A stretch of 32,731 nucleotides of DNA from Deltaproteobacteria bacterium RBG_16_54_11 (GTDB lineage Bacteria > Desulfobacterota > B13-G15 > RBG-16-54-18), in contig MGQS01000032.1 in NCBI GenBank assembly GCA_001797905.1, positions 1-32,731 on the forward strand, written 5' to 3'. A program made the position numbers and the translations under genes. How positions within the stretch are numbered: position 1 is the first letter of the stretch; each line of letters opens with the position of its first letter. The notes below the pieces were generated by a model. The model did not search any database. It was not told where the DNA came from and saw only the letters and a program-made list of their open reading frames with translations. Of this stretch, positions 1-8,623 are shown one piece after another.

Positions 1-149
1 AAAGCGACTTTTCGGTCCAGTGGGATACGACCGCGCTCAAGAATGGAGCATATCAGGTGCTCGGCTTAATGCACGTTTTTGTCAAAAAAGCAGATGAGGA
101 GTTCGCCGTTGTCAGACAAAATATAGTAGACGTGACTGTAGAAAATTGA
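1..149 (+). CDS. 3' end of an unidentified upstream gene (C-terminal fragment that runs off the left edge)
   Basis: Frame 3 is open from the window edge to TGA at 147-149. It reads ...DFSVQWDTTALKNGAYQVLGLMHVFVKKADEEFAVVRQNIVDVTVEN*. Composition is protein-like but I recognise no family. It is absent from the ORF track because it has no start codon in the window. Confidence 0.4.
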   Translation, partial: SDFSVQWDTTALKNGAYQVLGLMHVFVKKADEEFAVVRQNIVDVTVEN

Positions 150-423
150 TTCGGCGAACAAAGTCTCATACTCTATTCCCGCATCTCCAAGGGCAGATAA
201 ATACACCATCCTGACTTAAGAGAGGGTGCGATAACCTTATCCCCAAAAATAGCAAAAACCTCTATAGATACCTTTTTGATTATCCCCCACATCCAAATGA
301 CCCTCGTAGGATCCTCTCACATTATTCTCATTTACAAAAAGGAGAATAGTGTGAGCGCATCATGATACCCTCTGCAATACGCAAGCCGCAAATCCTCCTT
401 TAAAAAAAGGATTTAATTTTTTC

Positions 424-461
424 GTAACATACCCGCAATATTTACGTAACAAACAGGCGAT
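424..461 (+). promoter_or_regulatory. 11-nt-phased direct-repeat box GTAAC-n6-GCAAT-n6-GTAAC-n6-GCGAT upstream of the porin gene
   Basis: GTAACA at 424-429 and 446-451, GCAATATT at 435-442, GCGAT at 457-461. A T-run precedes the box. It ends about 40 nt before ATG 502. A near-identical box lies at 1428-1465. Confidence 0.5.
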
Positions 462-501
462 AAAAAATAATCATAAAAATTAAAATAAGGAGGATTTTGT
501 T

Positions 502-1338
502 ATGGACAGGTCGGGCTTCAAAAATTTTCGGTCTTACATAATCGCTTTTTCTCTGGGCCTGGCTATTTTACTAACGGCCTCGCCGTGCTTGGCTCAGGAA
601 AACCCGGCAGAAGAAGAAACCCCTACAGAAAGGCCTTCATTTAATTTTTCGACTGATTTTCTGAGCCAGTATGTGTGGCGGGGATATGCATTGAGCAATA
701 ACAGTTTAGTCATTCAGCCTTCCATGACAATAGGTTACAAAGGATTTTCGGCAAATATTTGGGGCAACTTTGACACCGACGAGAACAATGAGTTTCGCCC
801 GCATGGCCAGGCCAACTGGAATGAGACCGACCTCACCTTGTCCTACAACCTGAAAATCTACAAGATATTGAGCGCCACAATGGGAGGCATCTACTATGCC
901 TTGGATAATGCAGATGATTCGTTGGAGGTATTCGGCGGCCTTTCAGCCGATCTCTCCTGGCTCACGGCCAAGTTTACCGTGTACCGCGAGGTCTTGCACT
1001 ACCCGGGGTGGTGGTTTCAGTTTGATATCTCCAGAAGCTTCCCTCTCCCCTGGTATGAGACTAGTCTGGATCTTGGAGCCGGCTTGATCTACCAGGCTTC
1101 CAATGATGCCGGCGCCTTTCCTGATCCGGACGACCCCAGAGATGCCTATTCTGGTTTCCATGCAGGGTACTTATCGGCCGCCTTAAATATCCCGGTGCAT
1201 AAATATATTACCGTTTCACCCAAGTTCGGCTACTGGTTCCCCCTGGGAAATAAGGCGTCGGATTGCATTAAGGGGCTCTCCTGGGACAAGAAAAGCAATC
1301 ATGTGTACGGCGGCTTGAGTGTCTCCTTCCATTTCTAA
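502..1338 (+). CDS. Outer-membrane beta-barrel porin, Gcw_chp/TorF-like family
   Basis: RBS AAGGAGG upstream of the ATG. N-terminal signal peptide (..LLTASPCLAQE). The pattern SQYVWRGYALSNNSLVIQPSMTIGYKGFSANIWGNFD..ETDLTLSY matches my recollection of Gcw_chp. Alternating beta-strand pattern and a C-terminal aromatic residue (..VSFHF). Confidence 0.7.
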   Translation: MDRSGFKNFRSYIIAFSLGLAILLTASPCLAQENPAEEETPTERPSFNFSTDFLSQYVWRGYALSNNSLVIQPSMTIGYKGFSANIWGNFDTDENNEFRPHGQANWNETDLTLSYNLKIYKILSATMGGIYYALDNADDSLEVFGGLSADLSWLTAKFTVYREVLHYPGWWFQFDISRSFPLPWYETSLDLGAGLIYQASNDAGAFPDPDDPRDAYSGFHAGYLSAALNIPVHKYITVSPKFGYWFPLGNKASDCIKGLSWDKKSNHVYGGLSVSFHF

Positions 1339-1427
1339 TAGAGCGCCTCTTTTAAGATCCTCTCGCAAGAGGGGACTGAGAACTCTGCCTCACTTTTTAG
1401 ATTGCTGTTGTATCTCTTAATTTTTTT

Positions 1428-1465
1428 GTAACAGATCTGCAATATTCCCGTAACAAAGATCGGAT
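1428..1465 (+). promoter_or_regulatory. Second copy of the phased direct-repeat box (GTAAC-n6-GCAAT-n6-GTAAC-n6-CGGAT) upstream of amtB
   Basis: GTAACA at 1428-1433 and 1450-1455, GCAATATT at 1439-1446. Internal spacing is identical to the 424-461 copy and a T-run again precedes it. A possible -10 TAATAT at 1468-1473 lies 17 nt after TTCCCG. Confidence 0.5.
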
Positions 1466-1514
1466 ATTAATATTCGCAGATTAAAAAATAAATTTGACGA
1501 GGAGGAAAAAGGAT

Positions 1515-2738
1515 ATGAATACGGGAGATACTGCTTTTGTCTTGGTCTCGTCGGCTTTGGTCATGCTCATGACACCGGGCCTCGCCTTGTTCTACGGGGG
1601 AATGGCCAGAAACAAAAACGTCCTCGGCACCCTGATGCAGAGTTTCATTATGCTGGGCATCATCACGGTGGAATGGGTGCTCTGGGGATACTCCATGGCC
1701 TTCGGTCCGGATCATGGAGGCATCATAGGCGGTTTAAACTGGTTTGGGCTCAAAGGCGTCGGGATGGAGCCGAGCGCTGTTTATGGCCCCACCATACCGC
1801 ATATGGTTTTTATGGTCTTCCAATGTATGTTTGCCATCATCACGCCGGCCCTGATCACCGGCGCCTTTGCCGAGCGTATAAAGTTCAGCGCATTTATGCT
1901 CTTTTCTATACTTTGGGCCACCCTGGTCTACAACCCCCTAGCTCACTGGGTTTGGGGCGTCGGCGGGTGGCTAGGCAAAATGGGGGCCCTGGACTTCGCC
2001 GGGGGGACAGTGGTACACATCAGTTCCGGGATTTCCGCTTTAGCTGCAGCCATCATTGTCGGCAAACGCCGAGGCTATGGAACCGTGCCCTTCATTCCTC
2101 ACAACCTCCCCATGACCGTCACCGGGGCCGGCCTCCTGTGGTTCGGCTGGTTCGGCTTTAATGCCGGCAGCGCCCTGGCGAGTAATGGCCTCGCTGCCAA
2201 CGCCTTCGTGGTCACCCATGTCGCCTCAGCCACGGCCGCCCTGTCCTGGATAATACTTGAGTGGTTACACCGGGGCAAGCCTACTACCCTGGGCGCTGCA
2301 AGTGGGGCTGTGGCCGGCTTAGTCGCAATTACGCCAGGCTCCGGGTTTGTAGGTCCGGTAGCGGCCCTTATCATTGGGGCTTTGGTCAGTGTCATCTGCT
2401 ACGGCGGCATCATGTTAAAATCAAAGCTTGGTTATGATGATTCCCTCGACGTGTTCGGCATCCATGGATTGGGAGGAACGTGGGGGGCTTTGGCCACCGG
2501 TCTGTTCGCCAGCAAGCTGATCAACCCTAATGGAGCCAATGGACTCTTCTTCGGAAACCCTGGCCAACTCTGGACCCAATTTCTTGCCGTGGCCGTAACC
2601 TGGATCTTTGCCTTTGTCATGACCTCGATCATCCTTAAGGTGGTCGATGTTATCGTCGGCTTGAGGGTCACTGACGAGGATGAAGAAAGAGGGCTCGATA
2701 TCAGCCAACACAACGAGACCGGATACAGTGTCTCATGA
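1515..2738 (+). CDS. amtB: Ammonium transporter AmtB (Amt/MEP family)
   Basis: About 11 hydrophobic segments. Amt signatures are present: ..DFAGGTVVHISSGISAL.., ..LLWFGWFGFNAGS.., ..GIHGLGGTWGA... I prefer ATG 1515 (GAGGAGG 9 nt upstream) over the track's TTG 1494. Confidence 0.93.
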   Translation: MNTGDTAFVLVSSALVMLMTPGLALFYGGMARNKNVLGTLMQSFIMLGIITVEWVLWGYSMAFGPDHGGIIGGLNWFGLKGVGMEPSAVYGPTIPHMVFMVFQCMFAIITPALITGAFAERIKFSAFMLFSILWATLVYNPLAHWVWGVGGWLGKMGALDFAGGTVVHISSGISALAAAIIVGKRRGYGTVPFIPHNLPMTVTGAGLLWFGWFGFNAGSALASNGLAANAFVVTHVASATAALSWIILEWLHRGKPTTLGAASGAVAGLVAITPGSGFVGPVAALIIGALVSVICYGGIMLKSKLGYDDSLDVFGIHGLGGTWGALATGLFASKLINPNGANGLFFGNPGQLWTQFLAVAVTWIFAFVMTSIILKVVDVIVGLRVTDEDEERGLDISQHNETGYSVS

Positions 2739-2759
2739 AAAAACCTCTACTATATATAA

Positions 2760-3110
<351 letters not shown>

Positions 3111-3142
3111 CATATAAACTACTATTAAATGTCTATGGCGAT

Positions 3143-3179
3143 GAGGAGGTACTGCCTGCATCAACGACAGTACCTCCTC
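3143..3179 (+). promoter_or_regulatory. Perfect 12-bp stem-loop between glnK and glnD, with no U-tract
   Basis: GAGGAGGTACTG (3143-3154) pairs with CAGTACCTCCTC (3168-3179) across a 13-nt loop. It lies 33 nt after the glnK stop and about 30 nt before the glnD start. Confidence 0.5.
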
Positions 3180-3210
3180 GGATAATAACTCAAGGAGAAC
3201 TGACAGAAGA

Positions 3211-5838
3211 GTGGAATATTCGGCTGCGCAGCTTAAAACATCTAGACAGCAACTTATTACGCTGTTTACGGACGGTTTGAATACAAAATCCTTCCCCGAG
3301 GAAAATACAGCCCTCATAGATCAGTATTTTCAGGATAGTTTGCCGGAAAGCCACGTGGGGAGGACATTGCTGCAGCAGGGCATCCCCTTTGCTTTTATCG
3401 CGTTGGGAGGATATGGCCGAAGAGAACTATGCCTCCACTCTGATATCGACACGCTCTTGTTGTTCGGGAAAAAGGTTCCGTCCCAGGCAAAGACCCTGGT
3501 GCAGGAGATACTTTTCCCCCTCTGGGATCTCGGCCTTGATTTAGGATATGGGACTCGCACCATCAAGGATTGCCTGAGGATTGCAAAAATAGATTTTGAG
3601 GTCCTTACGTCGTTACTCGATGCACGTTTCATTGGAGGAGAGTATCCACTCTATCTCGATCTTATTGAAAAGCTTTACAAGAAAGTCGTAACTAAAAAAG
3701 CGCGCGACCTGCACCGGTGGTTGGCCGAACAAGACAAAAAACGACTGGAGACTTTTGGCGACTCAAGTTATCTCCTTGAGCCTAACCTCAAAGAGGGAAT
3801 TGGCGGCCTGAGAGATTACCACCATATGCTGTGGCTGGCCAAGGCATCTTTTGGCCCCCGGGAAACCCATGAGCAAGCGTTTCGCGCAAGACTATCGTAT
3901 CAAGAATATCAGGACTTGAGACAGCACGTGAGCTTCCTCTTGAATATAAGAAACCATCTACACCTCCGGTCACTTCGTAAGAATGACCGTTTGACATTCG
4001 AAGATCAGGAAGAAATCGCCAACAGGCTTGGATTACGAGACAAAAAAACATCACTCGCCGCAGAGCAATTTAACGAGCTGGTGCATGCCACCATGGCTGC
4101 TCTTAAATCCCTGTCCCGCTCCTTCATCGGCGGCCTTTTTGCGACGAAGAAGAAGCGCTCGAAGATAAGGCAGATGCCCCTGGTTCCCCGAGGCCTTGTT
4201 GTTGATGGAGGAGAACTCTGTTTTGATACAGTCCGTACCATCATAAAAAATCCTTCTTTATTAATGATCATTTTTGAGCACAGCGCTCTCCTTGGTTACG
4301 CCCTTTCTTTGGAGGCAAGGAGAATAATCCGCGAGTTTTTATACCTCGTGGATGATTCCTTCCGCCGATCAAAAACCATTATCAATTCTTTTATAAAGAT
4401 TGTGACGCAATCGAACTGCGCGTTTGAAACGTTGAGCCAAATGATGGAAATTGGGTTTCTCGATAGCTTCATTCCCGAATTTGGGCGGATACACAATAGG
4501 GTTGAGTTTGATGCCTATCATATCTATCCCGTTGGAATACATTCTCTACAGACGATTCGGTACCTTAAAAGTTTAACAGAGGAGAAAGATATCCTGCTCA
4601 GAGATCTCTTTGTAGAACTGCAGCATCCCGAACGGCTCTTCCTGGCAGGCCTTTTTCATGACATCGGGAAGATCGGTTCAGACCATGCACGCAGAGGGAC
4701 GAAGATTACAAAAAATATCCTGAAGCGGTTTGGACTAACTGATGACGCAATTGAGGATATTTGCTTTCTTGTACGCTCCCACCTGCTTCTGGCGGAAACG
4801 GCAACCCGGAGAGACTTAAACGATGAGAAGGTAATCGTTCAATGTGCCCGTATGATCGGTAGCCTGGAGAGACTGAAGCTTCTGTACCTGCTTACCTGGG
4901 CTGATTCTCGGGCTACCGGTCCAAAAGCATGGAACGACTGGATCGCCAACTTGATTAGTGAACTCTTCTTTAAAGTCCTCCATATCATGGAGAGTAAAGA
5001 ATTGGCCACGCAGGACGCTTTATCTCGTGTTGAGCACGTCAAAGCTGAAGTGCACAAGAAAGTTGGCCCCATTATAGAGAGGCAGGATCTTGAAAACTCT
5101 TTCGAGCTTATGCCCCCCCGTTATCTGCTCAATACACATCCCCGGAAAATTGTTCAACATCTGGGCATGGCAGAAAGCTTGAAAGCAAAAAAGCAAGCTA
5201 ACGAGACTAAATCCGGAGGCCATGCGGGGGATGAGGTTTTCATCTTTGAATCCAGAGAGGACAAAAAAGGAAATTGTTGGGAGATAACAATTGTAGCCAT
5301 AGATAGACCTGGTTTGTTTGCCAACATGGCCGGCGTTCTCGCCCTTAATGCCATTAACATACTTTCTGCCGACATATACACGTGGCGAGATGGAACTGCC
5401 GTTGATGTCCTGCGCACGACCAATCCGCTTGACGGCCTGTTCGTACAAGAGAAATGGGCCAAGGGCAAAGAGGATCTTAAAAACGTTCTCGCCGGCAGAT
5501 TATCTCTCGAATCCTCCGTCGGTAATGAAGAAACACCTCGTAGTCCAACAGGCTTAAAAAAGCTAGCACGAAAGCCGACCGTGATCGTAGATAACGAATC
5601 ATCAGATTTCTTTACGATAATTGAAGTCTATTCCCACGACCATGTCGTGCTTCTCTATCGTATTACTCATACACTGTTTGACCTCGGCCTGGACATTCAT
5701 AGCGCCAGAATTGCCGCCGCTGCAGACCAAGTCGTGGACGTCTTCTACGTGCGAGACCTGGAGGGTCAGAAGATTGAAGATGTCGGGAGGGTAAAAGAGA
5801 TAAAACGGATCCTGCTCAAGCAGCTAAAACCCCTATAA
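3211..5838 (+). CDS. glnD: [Protein-PII] uridylyltransferase / uridylyl-removing enzyme GlnD
   Basis: 875 aa. Nucleotidyltransferase motif GGYGRRELCLHSDIDTLLLF, HD domain (..LAGLFHDIGK..) and two C-terminal ACT-like segments (ITIVAIDRPGLFANMAGVLA.., TIIEVYSHDHVVLLYRITHTLF..). GTG start; the exact start is not certain. Confidence 0.9.
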   Translation: MEYSAAQLKTSRQQLITLFTDGLNTKSFPEENTALIDQYFQDSLPESHVGRTLLQQGIPFAFIALGGYGRRELCLHSDIDTLLLFGKKVPSQAKTLVQEILFPLWDLGLDLGYGTRTIKDCLRIAKIDFEVLTSLLDARFIGGEYPLYLDLIEKLYKKVVTKKARDLHRWLAEQDKKRLETFGDSSYLLEPNLKEGIGGLRDYHHMLWLAKASFGPRETHEQAFRARLSYQEYQDLRQHVSFLLNIRNHLHLRSLRKNDRLTFEDQEEIANRLGLRDKKTSLAAEQFNELVHATMAALKSLSRSFIGGLFATKKKRSKIRQMPLVPRGLVVDGGELCFDTVRTIIKNPSLLMIIFEHSALLGYALSLEARRIIREFLYLVDDSFRRSKTIINSFIKIVTQSNCAFETLSQMMEIGFLDSFIPEFGRIHNRVEFDAYHIYPVGIHSLQTIRYLKSLTEEKDILLRDLFVELQHPERLFLAGLFHDIGKIGSDHARRGTKITKNILKRFGLTDDAIEDICFLVRSHLLLAETATRRDLNDEKVIVQCARMIGSLERLKLLYLLTWADSRATGPKAWNDWIANLISELFFKVLHIMESKELATQDALSRVEHVKAEVHKKVGPIIERQDLENSFELMPPRYLLNTHPRKIVQHLGMAESLKAKKQANETKSGGHAGDEVFIFESREDKKGNCWEITIVAIDRPGLFANMAGVLALNAINILSADIYTWRDGTAVDVLRTTNPLDGLFVQEKWAKGKEDLKNVLAGRLSLESSVGNEETPRSPTGLKKLARKPTVIVDNESSDFFTIIEVYSHDHVVLLYRITHTLFDLGLDIHSARIAAAADQVVDVFYVRDLEGQKIEDVGRVKEIKRILLKQLKPL

Positions 5839-5911
5839 GCGTATCTACTACGGTACTACTCCATCACTATCACGGCCGCGTCCCTTGGCCATAAAACCAT
5901 CCACTTGAAAG

Positions 5912-8560
5912 TCAGCCCTCTGCCTCCCACTCTTCGTTCATCTTCAAGCCGCTGCTTGTAAGGACCGATACTTTAGCGGCGCTGATGGTACGGTAGATGT
6001 CCCGGGGCTCCATCTTCTTCCCGTCAACCATCAAAAGGTGGTCATCGATGGAGATACCGAAGAGTCGCTCGTTTTCCTGAAGAAAGGGAAGGATGAGCTG
6101 CCAGTCGCGGTCCGTAAAAGGAGAGATCATGCCGCCGTTGAGCTGCTCCGGAACGATCTTTTTATGGGGATCACGAACGTAGATGGCTCCGCCGGAGGCA
6201 AGGGAAAAGAGGTTTGATCCCAGGTAGGGCGTCGCCAGGGGGGTCACCTTGCCATCATGGTCAAAGGTCAACCCGTTAAGGACAACAAACCCGCCGCCAT
6301 TATGGGGGTCTCCGGCCATAAAGGACTCTGCGAGAAAATCAAGGGCCGTGCCGTTGATAACAGCCTTCGGTTTGCCCACGGCATTGATAAAGGGGCGGCC
6401 TGCTGCGTTTCCCAGCACATACACCTCGCCGCCTTTTGCGCCATACATAAAGGTTTGGCCCACATCGCCGTAGACGACGAGCTTGCCTGACTTCATGATC
6501 TGCCCAAGTTGATCCTGAGCATTGCCGTGGACATAGATCTCGAGACCGTCTATGCCGGATGCGAGATAGTCCCCTGTGGAGCCATAGGCATCGATGCGAA
6601 CGCCTCTCGTATCGGGACCCAGACCGCAGCCCAGGAAGCGCTGCCCCCGCTGGCCAAAGCAAACGAACCGTCTCCAGCCCAGCTGATAGGCCTCAGATAT
6701 GAGGCCGGCAAAAGAATCTGCACCTTCCGAGGGAAACTGGCTGGCATCACAAACGAGCACCTTTTCAGCCCCTTCGGGTGCACGGAGCGCCTTGCGGCTT
6801 TCGAAATCGATCCGGCGGCCATCCAGCACGGCTCCGGTATCGTTGATCATGGGAACCCCCTTGAAGATCAAATCGAGCGTACCAGAGACCATCTGGAGGA
6901 CACTGCGGCGCCTCTTGCTCCCCAGAGGGTAGCGCTGGGTGAGGAGGAGCGTGAGCAAGCCGATCACCGGCTCCGTCAGCCCGTCTTCTGCGGAACGGCT
7001 CAGCAAGAGAGCGAGCAAGCTGTTGATATCGGCATAGTCCCACGTATGGAAGTCCCTCTTCACAGTGGTGAAGAGTTCCTTTGCATTCTGCTGAGACAAC
7101 TCCTTCACTATGCCCCTCAGGGTATCTCCGTGGGTGGTTTGCCGGGGCAACTGCGTCCGGGCATCGAGAGGTACCTGGTGTGCGGGCACATCGATGACCC
7201 GGCCGAACTTATCAGTACAGGTAAGGTTCATCAGGCCAGGAGAAGACTTTTTTACGGTAAAGATGAAGGCCCCTCCATCGGTATAGCTTCCGCCGCGGGC
7301 ATTCCAGTAATAATCGGCAACGGTGCCGAATCTGGGGTCCTCCTTTGCGAGGCTCTCAAGGGTGGCATCGATGGCCTGTTTTTCCGAACAGATGAGGCCG
7401 ATCTCGACCTCTCCTTTCTGGAGCGCAAAGACCTGGGGCCTCAGCATGGACGTATCGGTAATGCCGATCAGCTGGAATTGCTTATTCCTCACATCGGTGC
7501 GGGCGATGATGAAGAACCAGGGGCCGTCAGGAGAGCCGTGGATATGTGTTGTCTGGATCTGCCGGTAGATGCGCTGCTTCTCCTCGGGGAGGTGATCAAA
7601 GTCCATCTCTACCGTAGGGGCGAGGGCTTCGATGACATATTCGAGGGGGTAGCCGTAGACCCTGCTGAGGAGGTCCACGATCTGGACAGAGACCTCCGTG
7701 TCGGTAAGAAAAAGGGGATAGATATTGCGCTGGCGCAGGTATTGAGAAACCGAATAGTAATTGGCAAAATCGCCGTTGTGAACGAGGGCCTCATCGAGAC
7801 CGATGAAAGGATGGGCGCCCCCGGGATGCCAGACACGGCCCTTGGTAGGATACCGCTGGTGGGCAATCCAGATATGGGCATCGAAATTCTCCAGTTTATA
7901 ATACTGGGCTACCTGTTCCGCATAGCCCACGATCTTGAGGATCATCATGTTGCGGCCATGGGAAAGGACAAAGGCCTTCTTTTCTCCCAGGGCGCTGTAC
8001 AGAGCAAGGTTGAGCTGGTAGGTATTCTGGTAGATAAACTCTTCTTCTGCCTTATCAAGCGGGAGTATCTCCAGGTGGCGCTCCCTGCAAAAGGCAGCGA
8101 GGGCTTCGGGCTTTACGCGGACAAAATAGCGTTTTACCGCAGGAGGTTTTACTTCCAGTCCGGGAACATCCCGGTAATCATCGATGGTCTCAAGAAAGGC
8201 CTCGTGGTCAACCCGGAAGTGGGGTCTGATGAAACGCGCTTCCATCTCGGGGAGGACCGCATCATCGAGCAGGGCCACCTGGAGGAGAAAATCCTCATCA
8301 AGGGTCTTCTGGTCTACCCCCATCTTTGCCGGCGTAAGGCCGACGGCGGCAAGGCCTCCGCCTTTCCCGTTGCCGCGATTGTGCATCTGTACCGAAGGCG
8401 CAAAGATATGTTTCCCACTCACGGGTATGCTGCATGCAAAACCCGTTACGCCGCAGCCGCCTTCATCAACCTTCATATCCGCACGCCTTACGAGCCTTTC
8501 CGCTTCCCGGAACGGCCGCCGTGCATCTATGATTGCCTGTGCTATCCTTTGTTGCTCCAT
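5912..8560 (-). CDS. Split glutamate synthase subunit: class-II (Ntn) glutamine amidotransferase domain fused to the C-terminal GXGXG beta-helix domain
   Basis: The N-terminal part has GGCGVTGF.., HQRYPTKGRVWHPGGAHPF and HNGDFANY. The C-terminal part has GXGXG-type repeats (..YGSTGDYLASGIDGLEIYVHGNAQDQLG..VVYGDVGQTFMYGAKGGEVYVLGNAAGR..). The start is uncertain: M1 at 8560 or M29 at 8476, just before the putative catalytic Cys. Confidence 0.8.
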   Translation of the reverse strand: MEQQRIAQAIIDARRPFREAERLVRRADMKVDEGGCGVTGFACSIPVSGKHIFAPSVQMHNRGNGKGGGLAAVGLTPAKMGVDQKTLDEDFLLQVALLDDAVLPEMEARFIRPHFRVDHEAFLETIDDYRDVPGLEVKPPAVKRYFVRVKPEALAAFCRERHLEILPLDKAEEEFIYQNTYQLNLALYSALGEKKAFVLSHGRNMMILKIVGYAEQVAQYYKLENFDAHIWIAHQRYPTKGRVWHPGGAHPFIGLDEALVHNGDFANYYSVSQYLRQRNIYPLFLTDTEVSVQIVDLLSRVYGYPLEYVIEALAPTVEMDFDHLPEEKQRIYRQIQTTHIHGSPDGPWFFIIARTDVRNKQFQLIGITDTSMLRPQVFALQKGEVEIGLICSEKQAIDATLESLAKEDPRFGTVADYYWNARGGSYTDGGAFIFTVKKSSPGLMNLTCTDKFGRVIDVPAHQVPLDARTQLPRQTTHGDTLRGIVKELSQQNAKELFTTVKRDFHTWDYADINSLLALLLSRSAEDGLTEPVIGLLTLLLTQRYPLGSKRRRSVLQMVSGTLDLIFKGVPMINDTGAVLDGRRIDFESRKALRAPEGAEKVLVCDASQFPSEGADSFAGLISEAYQLGWRRFVCFGQRGQRFLGCGLGPDTRGVRIDAYGSTGDYLASGIDGLEIYVHGNAQDQLGQIMKSGKLVVYGDVGQTFMYGAKGGEVYVLGNAAGRPFINAVGKPKAVINGTALDFLAESFMAGDPHNGGGFVVLNGLTFDHDGKVTPLATPYLGSNLFSLASGGAIYVRDPHKKIVPEQLNGGMISPFTDRDWQLILPFLQENERLFGISIDDHLLMVDGKKMEPRDIYRTISAAKVSVLTSSGLKMNEEWEAEG

Positions 8561-8623
8561 GCTTGCTTATCCCGATGCGCAAAATCCTCTATGTTGTTTC
8601 CATTTCTGCATCTGTTATAGGCA

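Noticed and set aside
317-420. Two hairpins upstream of the porin gene (13-bp TCACATTATTCTC/GAGAATAGTGTGA at 317-354; AAATCCT/AGGATTT plus a T-run at 389-420) as terminators of the upstream gene
   Set aside because: The first has no U-tract. The second is AT-rich and weak with an 11-nt loop. They are plausible, but I cannot support them as terminators from sequence alone.
424-442. Sigma-54 (-24/-12) promoter interpretation of GTAACA-N5-GCAAT
   Set aside because: There is no GG dinucleotide at -24 and the GC element is one nt too close. The 11-nt direct-repeat phasing fits a transcription-factor array better.
1494-1514. TTG start and MTRRKKD N-terminal extension of amtB
   Set aside because: ATG 1515 has a GAGGAGG RBS at ideal spacing. 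The TTG codon lies upstream of that RBS, so the RBS would fall inside the extension.
6509-8620. 703-aa plus-strand ORF
   Set aside because: It is entirely antisense to the well-supported amidotransferase/GXGXG gene. Its composition is Arg/Gly/Leu/Pro/His-rich and low in complexity, it has no RBS and I recognise no motifs. This is a typical shadow ORF in GC-rich coding DNA.
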